Below, one piece after another: positions 24,004-32,000 of a DNA stretch of 32,000 bases. The DNA is from an archaeon (GTDB taxonomy: Archaea; Iainarchaeota; Iainarchaeia; Iainarchaeales; CSSED10-239): positions 34,328 through 66,327 of the forward strand of contig JBBABY010000007.1 in NCBI GenBank assembly GCA_041657425.1, written 5' to 3'. The notes under the pieces are model-generated. The model was not told where the DNA came from, did no database searches, and worked only from the letters and a program-made list of their open reading frames with translations. How positions within the stretch are numbered: position 1 is the first letter of the stretch; the number at the start of each line of letters is the position of its first letter. Both the position numbers and the translations under genes were made by a program.

Positions 24004-24843
24004 TCACAAAATGATTTCTGCATGTCTAGTTGCATGGCAATTAATATTAACAGCAACAGGAAGTCCAGCGATGTGTGTTGGAAATGTTTCAATATTAACT
24101 TTAAGTGCAGTAATTCTTCCCCCAAGTCCCATTGGTCCAATTCCAAGTTTGTTTATTTTCTCAAGTAATTCTTTTTCTAAAGTTTCTATGTGCTTTTCAG
24201 GATTATAAGTATTAATTGATCTTACTGCTGCAAACTTGGCAAGAATTGAAGCTTTCTCCATTGTTCCACCAATGCCGACTCCAACAACAATTGGAGGGCA
24301 AGGATTTGATCCTGCAGTATCGATAGTTTCAATTACAAAGTCTGTAATTCCAGTAACCCCGTCAGATGGTTTTAACATTTTAATTTTACTCATATTCTCA
24401 CTACCAAAACCTTTTGGAGCAACAATGATTTTAATGTTCTCTCCAGGGACAATATTATAATGGATTATTGCAGGAGTATTATCATTGGTATTTTCTCTTG
24501 TTATTGGATCTTTAACAACTGAGTTTCTAAAATATCCGTCTTTGTAGCTTTCTCTTATTCCTTGGTTGATTGCGTCTTCTAGATTTCCAGAAATATGCAC
24601 ATCTTGTCCAATATCAATGAACACAACAATCATTCCAGTATCTTGGCATATTGCAATATTTTCTGTTTCTGCGATTTTATAATTTGCAATTATTTGGTTT
24701 AATGTATTTTTTCCTATTGGAGAAATTTCTATTTCCTGTGCATTTTCTAATGCTTGTTTAACATCATTTCCAAGTTTACAATTAGCAGCTAAGCACAATC
24801 CTTTAATTGCTTTTGTTATTTCAATGGAATTTATTTCTCTCAT
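24004..24843 (-). CDS. Class I (Fe-S) fumarate hydratase / L(+)-tartrate dehydratase, alpha subunit
   Basis: AICQDTGMIVVFIDIG signature, GVGIGGT and NINCHATRH blocks. 279 aa. Confidence 0.85.
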   Translation of the reverse strand: MREINSIEITKAIKGLCLAANCKLGNDVKQALENAQEIEISPIGKNTLNQIIANYKIAETENIAICQDTGMIVVFIDIGQDVHISGNLEDAINQGIRESYKDGYFRNSVVKDPITRENTNDNTPAIIHYNIVPGENIKIIVAPKGFGSENMSKIKMLKPSDGVTGITDFVIETIDTAGSNPCPPIVVGVGIGGTMEKASILAKFAAVRSINTYNPEKHIETLEKELLEKINKLGIGPMGLGGRITALKVNIETFPTHIAGLPVAVNINCHATRHAEIIL

Positions 24844-24897
24844 AATAATATTAGTAATAACAATTATTTAAAATCTATTTGTTTATAATTTCTATAT

Positions 24898-25647
24898 ATG
24901 AATCCGAAATATAATGAAGTCGTAGTATTAGTTCATCCATTATATGATTTATTAAAAAGTGATTTTGCAAAAAGAGCATTAAAATTTAAATTAAATAAAT
25001 CTTTGCCTAAAGAATATTCAATAGAGTATTTAATTTTACATAATGAGGCAAAAGCATTTAATTACCAGTTAAAGCACACACTTCAAGCTTATGGCGAAGA
25101 AATAAAGAAATATGTAAATAAACCAAAAACACTTGTTGTAATGTATCCGCCACATCCTAGTAATTTAGAAACTTATTTTAAAGAACAAGATAGTGGAGAT
25201 ACAAGAGAAGATTTAGCAAGAAGAAAAAAGCAATTTGAAGCATTAGCAGGAAAATTTGTAAATTTCAGTAAAACTCAATTAAAGGAAAGATTTGTAATTG
25301 ATAATATTTCTAAGGCATCTGATATCCCTAGATTCCCTGATACATTAGTATCAAATTTAGACAAAAATATTTCTTTAAAGCTTTTTGGGGAATATGGGGA
25401 TTATTGCGTAATCAGGTGGAAAACAAATTTAGCTGCAGATTTAGAAAAGAAAGGATTTAATGTAAAATCAGAGATTATTTCTGAAAAAACACTATATAGA
25501 GAAGAATCAGTATTAAGAAGAAAAGGAAAATTAGATTTAAGAGTTCTACCATTATCACATGGGAGACTTTCAACAAGAACCTATAGACAAGATAAAAGAG
25601 AAAAAGGCAAATTGCCTCTAAAGCCCAAAAAGTGGGTTGCTAAATAA
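24898..25647 (+). CDS. Hypothetical protein, possible degenerate paralog of the PRTase-like protein at 27757..28647
   Basis: By-eye similarity of ERFVIDNISKASDIPRFPDTL to KLFFVFDSISAGTTLKRITETL, and of LVVMYPPHPSNLETYFKEQ to LHIYLPFTGMEPVGYFYKGYLEQ. The PRPP loop is not conserved. Confidence 0.5.
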   Translation: MNPKYNEVVVLVHPLYDLLKSDFAKRALKFKLNKSLPKEYSIEYLILHNEAKAFNYQLKHTLQAYGEEIKKYVNKPKTLVVMYPPHPSNLETYFKEQDSGDTREDLARRKKQFEALAGKFVNFSKTQLKERFVIDNISKASDIPRFPDTLVSNLDKNISLKLFGEYGDYCVIRWKTNLAADLEKKGFNVKSEIISEKTLYREESVLRRKGKLDLRVLPLSHGRLSTRTYRQDKREKGKLPLKPKKWVAK

Positions 25648-25705
25648 GTCTAAGGTTTTAAAGCTTTACTCTTCAATAATATTCTTATAAAGTAAGTGAG
25701 AAATT

Positions 25706-25924
25706 ATGAATAAAAAATTATTAGTACTAGGGATTATATTTTCTATATTTATTTTAGGACTATTTATGTCAAATATAAATTTAGATAAAAATTCAAATGT
25801 TAGTTCTACGAAATATTTAAATTCTGTTATCGAACAACCAATACTTGAATTAGGTTGTGGTAGATGTTCAACTACTTTTATCAAAACCTCAAGTGGAGGA
25901 ATGATTGCAGTAATGCTTAAATAA
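25706..25924 (+). CDS. Small protein with N-terminal signal/anchor (72 aa)
   Basis: MNKKLLVLGIIFSIFILGLFM hydrophobic N-terminus. Chosen over the fully overlapping minus-strand ORF 25666..25884, which has no such feature. Confidence 0.35.
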   Translation: MNKKLLVLGIIFSIFILGLFMSNINLDKNSNVSSTKYLNSVIEQPILELGCGRCSTTFIKTSSGGMIAVMLK

Positions 25925-26003
25925 TTTTATTTCTGTAATTTGATTTTAATTAAAAACAAAGCAATAAATATATATTGTTCTTCTGTTAGTATGGAGATTT
26001 AGG

Positions 26004-27692
26004 ATGTCAAGACAAAAGAAATCTATATTAAAAGAAAAAAAAGCAATTGCTCCAATTATCGCAGTAGTCTTGCTTGTTGTAATTGCAGTAATCCTTGTGA
26101 CAATAATTCTTTCATTTGGTAAAGGATTTGCAATAAAGTCATTAGATAAAGCAGGAGATATAAAAGATTTTTCTAAATCAGATGCTGGAAACTTTATTTA
26201 TCCTAAAACTTTTAGTGATGGAGTTCTTCAAATAAATTATAATCCTGTGGGAGCTATAGGTCCTGTAGTAATTACACATTATACCATACTTGGTTCAGAT
26301 TTGTCGCCAGTTGAATTAACAACTCCAATAACATTAACTGCAGGTCAAAATATTATTAATCTAGAAAGTTTATATGGTTTTAATTCAATAAGTCCAGAAG
26401 TAGATATACAATTGATTACTTCAGATAATACCTATATAGATATAGGTGGCCAAATAGATAATGATCTGGTTTGTACTCCTGGAGGGACAGGAACACTAGT
26501 TGATCCAATAATTATTTGTGATGCAAGTGATTTAAACAATATAAGAAACGATTTAGATGCAAATTATGTTTTAGGAAAAGATATTGATCTTTATTCATTT
26601 TCAAGAATAGATGTTAATGGATGGTTACCAATAAATTCATTTACCGGGTCGTTTAATGGGAATGATTATGTAGTAAGCAATTTATATATTAATAGACCAG
26701 GAACTGATTATGTAGGATTATTTGGAAGTATTAATGGGTATTTAAGCTATGATGATGAGATTTGTAATTGTTCTATAACTACTGGCGCAACAATACAAAA
26801 TTTAGGTTTAGAAAATGTAGATGTTATAGGGGGAGAATTTGTTGGGGGTTTTGCAGGATCTGTTGCTTATTTAATTATAGATAATATTTATGTTACTGGA
26901 GAAGTATCTGGAGTAAATAATGTTGGTGGATTTTCCGGATATATCTCTTTTTCACAGATTTCTAATAGTTATTCAACTAGCAATATATCTGGCATTGGAG
27001 GGGGATTTGCAGGAATAATTTATGGAAAGAGTACAGCTATGAATAACGATGATTCTAACATTACTAATTGTTATGCTACAGGAAATGTTGATAGTGGTGG
27101 AGGTTTTGCTAATTTTTTGTTAGGTGGGACAATCACAGATAGTTATGCAACAGGTTCAGTTGCAAGTGGAGATTATGTTGGTGGTTTTATAGGAAATATA
27201 ATGGAATTGTCAGGAGAAACTGGTTATACTGTTATAATTACTAATTGTTATGCAACAGGAAATGTAATTGGTGGAGAGGGCGTTGGTGGTTTTGCAGGAT
27301 TTATAGATGGGACAATATCTAATTGCTATGCAACAGGGAATGCAACAGCAACAGGAGATTATGTTGGAGGATTTACAGGAGTATTTGTTCATATGGATAA
27401 TGGAGCAGAAGATACATTGTCAAACGTTTATTCTGTAGGTGCAATTTCAGGAAGCGGGGATAATGTAGGTGGTTTAATTGGATATAGTGGTGGAGGCGTT
27501 TCAAATTCTTTTTATGATACAACAATTTCTGGTCAATCAGATAATGACGGAAGAGGTGTTCCAAAAATAACAGCATTAATGAAAAATGAAGATACGTTTA
27601 CAGGTTGGACATTCCCTGGAACTTGGAGTATAACAGAAGGAACAACATATCCTTATCTTACAAGTAATGTTCAGTCACCATTGCCACAGTGA
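26004..27692 (+). CDS. Archaeal type IV pilin-like (class III signal peptide) surface protein with GLUG-motif beta-helix repeats, putative adhesin
   Basis: N-terminus KEKKAIAPIIAVVLLVVIAVILV matches the archaeal Pilin_N pattern (basic residues, small residue, then SP(V/I)IAxxLL hydrophobic helix). The C-terminal 300 aa hold at least 7 repeats of (I/L)(T/S)N(C/S)YATG(N/S)V....(V/G)GGF(A/T/I)G, the GLUG motif. Confidence 0.75.
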   Translation: MSRQKKSILKEKKAIAPIIAVVLLVVIAVILVTIILSFGKGFAIKSLDKAGDIKDFSKSDAGNFIYPKTFSDGVLQINYNPVGAIGPVVITHYTILGSDLSPVELTTPITLTAGQNIINLESLYGFNSISPEVDIQLITSDNTYIDIGGQIDNDLVCTPGGTGTLVDPIIICDASDLNNIRNDLDANYVLGKDIDLYSFSRIDVNGWLPINSFTGSFNGNDYVVSNLYINRPGTDYVGLFGSINGYLSYDDEICNCSITTGATIQNLGLENVDVIGGEFVGGFAGSVAYLIIDNIYVTGEVSGVNNVGGFSGYISFSQISNSYSTSNISGIGGGFAGIIYGKSTAMNNDDSNITNCYATGNVDSGGGFANFLLGGTITDSYATGSVASGDYVGGFIGNIMELSGETGYTVIITNCYATGNVIGGEGVGGFAGFIDGTISNCYATGNATATGDYVGGFTGVFVHMDNGAEDTLSNVYSVGAISGSGDNVGGLIGYSGGGVSNSFYDTTISGQSDNDGRGVPKITALMKNEDTFTGWTFPGTWSITEGTTYPYLTSNVQSPLPQ

Positions 27693-27756
27693 TTTTCTTT
27701 TTCTTTTCCTTAATATTTATATTCTATTTGTTTCTTTAATTTACATAGTGATAAAC

Positions 27757-28647
27757 ATGCCATTAAAGAGTTTAAACTATTCTCAAAAGCTAACAAAGAG
27801 AGTTCCAAGAAACTTGGATAGAATGAAAGAGCCAAATCTTGATAAAATTGCGATATTAGATAAAGAAGGGCAATATCGTAGGAAATTCCGAGAAATGTTA
27901 AAACTTGACTTAAGAGTATTGCGATCTCTAAATGGCGAAGTTAATTCTGTATATGCAATGGTTCAATTTAATTTTATGGTTTCAAAATTATCAAAACACA
28001 CAGATGGTCGGGACTTACATATTTATTTACCTTTTACAGGGATGGAACCTGTTGGTTATTTCTATAAAGGTTATCTTGAACAACATTATCCAAAAGCAAG
28101 AGTTACATTTTTAGTAACTCCACAAATGAACACCATGGTACGTTCTTTTTCTAAAGAATCTGAAGAACATTTAAGAAATCATCTTAAAAGATCACTTAAT
28201 GTTAATGACAAATTATTTTTTGTTTTTGATAGTATAAGTGCAGGAACAACTTTAAAAAGAATAACTGAGACATTAGGCAAAATAGTTTCAAACCCAAAAG
28301 TCATGGCAATCGGTATGAGAGAATTGGGACACGGGGATCTTTTTTCACCAAAAAATTTTAAGAAAGAGGAATCCGGAAAGGAAGTGCGCCCATTTTCAAG
28401 TTTAGATTTATCTGATAGAGGAAATGAATTTGGTGAAAAGTTTGGAAAAAATAAATTTACTCCCAGAGAACTCGAGAAAATAAGAAAGATTACTCAACAG
28501 TTTTTCTATTATCATGGAAGTAAGTTACAAATAGATTATAAAGATAGAAATATAGTTGGATTTTTAAAAAAATTAAAATCTGAAAAAACAGTTGAAGAAA
28601 TTGAGCCTTATGCACACGAAGATTTTAGAAAAACAACTATACAATAG
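27757..28647 (+). CDS. PRTase-fold-like protein with partly degenerate PRPP loop
   Basis: KLFFVFDSISAGTTLKRI resembles the PRPP-binding loop (VDDxxxTGxT) with the second Asp lost. ATG 27757 is chosen. The listed start 27667 adds 30 hydrophobic residues overlapping the upstream gene end. Confidence 0.5.
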   Translation: MPLKSLNYSQKLTKRVPRNLDRMKEPNLDKIAILDKEGQYRRKFREMLKLDLRVLRSLNGEVNSVYAMVQFNFMVSKLSKHTDGRDLHIYLPFTGMEPVGYFYKGYLEQHYPKARVTFLVTPQMNTMVRSFSKESEEHLRNHLKRSLNVNDKLFFVFDSISAGTTLKRITETLGKIVSNPKVMAIGMRELGHGDLFSPKNFKKEESGKEVRPFSSLDLSDRGNEFGEKFGKNKFTPRELEKIRKITQQFFYYHGSKLQIDYKDRNIVGFLKKLKSEKTVEEIEPYAHEDFRKTTIQ

Positions 28648-28722
28648 TAAAAAGGCAGAAAATACCATTTATATTTATTTCTAATTTAAGATATATATAC
28701 TAAAATATATATTTGATTAATT

Positions 28723-30150
28723 ATGGGTTTTGGAGACAAACTAAGAGATGCACTTGATAAAATCAAGAATTCAATGCATGTCGATAAGGACTTGATTAAG
28801 GAAGTCATTAAGGAGATTCAAAGAGCTTTAATCTCTTCAGATGTAAATATACAACTAGTTCTAAACATTTCAAAAGAAATTGAAGAAAAAGCTTTTGAGG
28901 AAATACCAAGTGGGATAACAAGAAAAGAACATATCGTTAGATTATGTTACGAAACTCTTCTCAAGTACATGGGAGGAGAAGTTAAAACTCCACTTCCAGA
29001 AAACCCAGAAACAATTTTATTATGCGGTTTGTTTGGTTCAGGAAAAACAACAACTGCAGCAAAGCTTGCTAAGTTCTATAAGAAAAGAGGATTAAAGGTT
29101 GGTTTAATCTGTGCAGATACTTTTAGACCTGCAGCTTATGAGCAATTAAAACAATTAAGTGAAATGGTAGGCGTTGCTTTCTATGGTAACCCTAAAGAAA
29201 AATCAGCTTTCAAAGTCACAAAAGAAGGACTTGATGTCCATAAGAAAAACGGATGTAATTTAATAATTGTGGATTCAGCAGGAAGAAGTGCTCTTGACGA
29301 TGAGTTAGTTACAGAGATTAAAGAAATTGATCAGGTGTTTAAACCAAAGTTTTCTTTCCTTGTGATTTCTGCTGATATTGGTCAAGCAGTTAAAGATCAA
29401 GCTACTGCTTTTAATAATGCCATAGGAGTTAATGGAGTAATAATAACAAAGCTTGATGGTTCAGCAAAAGGTGGAGGCGCATTAACTGCTTGTTATATCA
29501 CTAAGTCTCCAGTGTACTTTATAGGAACTGGAGAAAAAGCTGATGATTTTGAAATATTTGATTCTAATAGATATCTTTCAAGAGTATTAGGTTTTGGAGA
29601 TCTTGAAAGTTTAATGGAAAAGATAAGTGAGATTTCTCAAGAAGAAGAAATGGAAAAGATGAAGGATTTAAATCCTGAAGACATCTTGAAAGGAAATGTA
29701 ACGTTTGGTTTATTCAAACAACAATTAGAGTTTTCAAAGAAACTTGGACCATTAACAAAGGTTATGGGTTTTTTAGGCGTAGGAAATAAACTATCTGCTG
29801 AACAGCAAAACTTAGGAGAAAAGAAACTAGGTAAATACAGAGCAATTCTTTCATCTCTAACAAAAGAAGAATTGAAAAATGGTCCAGATTTTTTAACAAG
29901 ATCAAGAATGGACAGAATTGCAAAAGGTTCTGGAACAAAATTAGAAGACGTTAAAGAACTTTGTTCACACATAAAGAAAATGAAAAAAATGTTTAAAGGA
30001 ATGGACACTAAGAAGATGGAAGGAATGGCTAAGCAACTTCAAGGACAAAATGGAGAGACGGATCCAGAAAAGATGGATCTTTCAAAGATAAACATGAATC
30101 AATTTGCAAACATGAAAGGGATGAAAAAACAGAAGTTAAAAATTAGATAA
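28723..30150 (+). CDS. srp54: Signal recognition particle protein SRP54
   Basis: GLFGSGKTTTAAKLA, DTFRPAAYEQL, DSAGR, TKLDGSAKGGGAL and a Met-rich M domain at the C-terminus. Confidence 0.95.
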   Translation: MGFGDKLRDALDKIKNSMHVDKDLIKEVIKEIQRALISSDVNIQLVLNISKEIEEKAFEEIPSGITRKEHIVRLCYETLLKYMGGEVKTPLPENPETILLCGLFGSGKTTTAAKLAKFYKKRGLKVGLICADTFRPAAYEQLKQLSEMVGVAFYGNPKEKSAFKVTKEGLDVHKKNGCNLIIVDSAGRSALDDELVTEIKEIDQVFKPKFSFLVISADIGQAVKDQATAFNNAIGVNGVIITKLDGSAKGGGALTACYITKSPVYFIGTGEKADDFEIFDSNRYLSRVLGFGDLESLMEKISEISQEEEMEKMKDLNPEDILKGNVTFGLFKQQLEFSKKLGPLTKVMGFLGVGNKLSAEQQNLGEKKLGKYRAILSSLTKEELKNGPDFLTRSRMDRIAKGSGTKLEDVKELCSHIKKMKKMFKGMDTKKMEGMAKQLQGQNGETDPEKMDLSKINMNQFANMKGMKKQKLKIR

Positions 30151-30161
30151 ATTAGAGAACT

Positions 30162-31337
30162 ATGTTAAAAACAAGTAGAAAAACTTCCATTAAGCCAAAA
30201 ACATTAGATCATCAATTTGTAGACACCGATATTTCTAAAATCTGTGAACTTGACGAGAAATCTCATTATAAATTAGGTGGTGTGTCCTTTGTTTTAGATT
30301 TAAAAGAAAAAGGTTTTTCAAATAAAGACATTAACGATGTAGCTAATTTCTTAGAAAAACATTTCTTATTTTCTTTTGGTAAGACTAATTATCCAGAGTA
30401 CATTAGAGATTTGCTTATTGGAACAAATGGAAAAAAAAGGTTTGAAACTTTAAATCAACTTCTGGATTTAGAATCAAGGCGAATAGATTTTAATAATTTA
30501 AATAATTTAAAATTATTTTTACAAATAAATTTTAAAGACACTACTAAAAGAAATAGGATTCCGAGTTTCAATTTTGAAAAATTAGATATCATAAGAAAAA
30601 TCGGGGTTGAGAAATATTTAAAAAATCAAAGACTTGCTTTTTTTGAACAAAGAAATAAAGACAGTATTACTAAAAACAAAGATACTCACTATATAAAAGG
30701 TATATTCTATATTGGGCCTTCTAATTCAATGTTGATATATAAAGATAATTTTGTATATAGGTATATGAATAAAGAGAAATATGGGTTTTGGAAAGAATTA
30801 ATTAATAAAAGAGTTCCTGTTGAAGAAATTGTAGAATTGGCAGAATCAGATAATTGGGTAAAACTGAAATTTAACTCTTTAGTTTTAACAAAAAATAAAA
30901 CCCGTAAAAAACAAATTAATCCGTCAGAATATGTTGTTGTGAAATCAAAAGCCTCAGGGCAAACAATAGATAAGTTGGCAGATAAAAATATACTATATTG
31001 GTTACCTACAGATATACAATTAAATCTTGCAAGACAAATGGCAGAAGCAGTAGTTAAATTATGGGATGCGGGATATTGCCATTGCCATTTACATGCAAAT
31101 AATTTTGTAGTAGATTTACAATCAGGGCATCCTGAAGTTAAAATTATTGATTTTGATTTGATTGAAAAAAGAACTCCAAAAGGCTTACATAACGATGAGG
31201 CCGAGGTAATTGGTATTTTTTTACACAACAGATCAACTGATTTTCTAAGAATTTTTAATCTCCCGGAATCTGCAAAAGAAAAGTTAATACAATATTTGGA
31301 AAAAAAGGCAAGTGTTTATAAAACTAATAGGAATTAA
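30162..31337 (+). CDS. Protein-kinase-fold-like protein (Bud32/RIO/Kdo-kinase-like C-lobe) with substituted catalytic motifs
   Basis: LARQMAEAVVKLWDAGYCHCHLHANNFVVD....KIIDFDL aligns position by position with the Bud32-type catalytic loop G(I/V)VHGDLTxxN....IDFGL. It has His for the catalytic Asp and DFD for DFG. Confidence 0.5.
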   Translation: MLKTSRKTSIKPKTLDHQFVDTDISKICELDEKSHYKLGGVSFVLDLKEKGFSNKDINDVANFLEKHFLFSFGKTNYPEYIRDLLIGTNGKKRFETLNQLLDLESRRIDFNNLNNLKLFLQINFKDTTKRNRIPSFNFEKLDIIRKIGVEKYLKNQRLAFFEQRNKDSITKNKDTHYIKGIFYIGPSNSMLIYKDNFVYRYMNKEKYGFWKELINKRVPVEEIVELAESDNWVKLKFNSLVLTKNKTRKKQINPSEYVVVKSKASGQTIDKLADKNILYWLPTDIQLNLARQMAEAVVKLWDAGYCHCHLHANNFVVDLQSGHPEVKIIDFDLIEKRTPKGLHNDEAEVIGIFLHNRSTDFLRIFNLPESAKEKLIQYLEKKASVYKTNRN

Positions 31338-31360
31338 TAATAGTATAATTAAAATGTGAA

Positions 31361-31981
31361 ATGAAAATGATATTTGGATTTGATATAATATTTATTGTAA
31401 GAGTTTTATTGTTATTAGTTGCAGTTGGTTTAGCTGCTTACTTTGATTATAAAACTGGTTATATTTATGATTGGATAAGTTTGCCGTTGATTGGACTTGG
31501 TTTAATTTTAAACATTTTTACTTATTATTATATAGATGTTCTTGAAATTTGTTTAATTGCATTAACGATTTATATTGTAGGGTATATCGCTTATTATTTC
31601 GGAAAGATAGGTGGAGGAGATATCAAGTTGTTTATTGGAATACATATGGTCTTGCCTTACTTTTATAATCAAGTATTTATCCTATGGGTAATTATTGCTG
31701 CATCTTTGTTATCAGTGTTATTTGTTTCAATTTCATACATTATAAAACTATACAGTAAGATAAAACTAACAAATAAATTCTTAAAAGAAAAAACTTGGAA
31801 GATTATAAAATCTTTAGGACTATTTATTTTATTTACTGCTTTTTTAATTTTTTCAGTAGTCTATGGCGGTCTTCCTGCTTACGTTTATTTAACACTTCCA
31901 CCAATGTTTTTCGGTAGTGTAGTTATGATATTTGAAGAGGAAGTAAAAAAATATATTTATTTAAGAAAGAAACCAATATAA
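31361..31981 (+). CDS. A24-family prepilin/preflagellin peptidase (PibD/FlaK/EppA-like)
   Basis: Polytopic membrane protein with first Asp motif AAYFDYKTGYI.DW and second Asp motif GGGDIKLF. Confidence 0.75.
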   Translation: MKMIFGFDIIFIVRVLLLLVAVGLAAYFDYKTGYIYDWISLPLIGLGLILNIFTYYYIDVLEICLIALTIYIVGYIAYYFGKIGGGDIKLFIGIHMVLPYFYNQVFILWVIIAASLLSVLFVSISYIIKLYSKIKLTNKFLKEKTWKIIKSLGLFILFTAFLIFSVVYGGLPAYVYLTLPPMFFGSVVMIFEEEVKKYIYLRKKPI

Positions 31982-32000
31982 ATTAGAAGAAGGAGATGTT

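Noticed and set aside
25666-25884. 72-aa minus-strand ORF
   Set aside because: It overlaps almost completely with the plus-strand ORF 25706..25924, which has a signal/anchor-like N-terminus and is co-oriented with its neighbours. Neither call is strong.
27667-27756. N-terminal 30 codons of the listed ORF 27667..28647
   Set aside because: This stretch overlaps the end of the pilin-like gene and runs through AT-rich promoter-like sequence, giving an implausible hydrophobic extension. ATG 27757 is the more credible start.
30707-31228. 173-aa minus-strand ORF
   Set aside because: It is antisense to the kinase-like gene, whose plus-strand frame carries the recognisable catalytic-loop motifs. There is no independent support.

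Overview
Visibly AT-rich (roughly 30% GC by eye, not computed), gene-dense archaeal chromosomal segment. Archaeal information-processing genes are clear: Kae1, Pth2, Hjc, archaeal DnaG, RNase P Rpp21, the eS19-eL39-eL31-aIF6-prefoldin alpha-FtsY block, SRP54, CysRS, and a class III signal-peptide pilin plus an A24 prepilin peptidase. They are interspersed with many short lysine-rich hypothetical ORFs. This fits a small-genome DPANN-type archaeon, but the lineage cannot be proven from this window. I folded three tRNAs by hand: Val-TAC, Leu with an apparent AAG anticodon, and Gly-GCC. I recognised no rRNA, CRISPR array, transposase or integrase. Main items for a second look: (1) at 8.84-10.92 kb, three consecutive single-gene units share a promoter/RBS leader and are each followed by a copy of a junction module (two 157-bp copies exactly 1000 bp apart, 152/157 identical). 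That module derives from the 3' end of an unlisted 47-aa minus-strand ORF, giving a cassette- or att-like layout with no integrase in view. (2) A GC-rich 26-nt hairpin motif occurs three times with covarying stem positions, twice in frame inside the FtsY N-terminal domain and once 2 nt upstream of tRNA-Leu. (3) Two genes are each interrupted by one in-frame stop: DnaG by TGA exactly at its N-terminal-domain/TOPRIM junction, and a transglutaminase-like surface protein by TAA ahead of its C-terminal membrane anchor. (4) A surface and accessory neighbourhood holds a pilin-type GLUG-repeat adhesin flanked by degenerate PRTase-like paralogs, a kinase-fold protein with substituted catalytic residues, and the prepilin peptidase. 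All homology statements come from motif recognition by eye and memory of the families. No searches were run.
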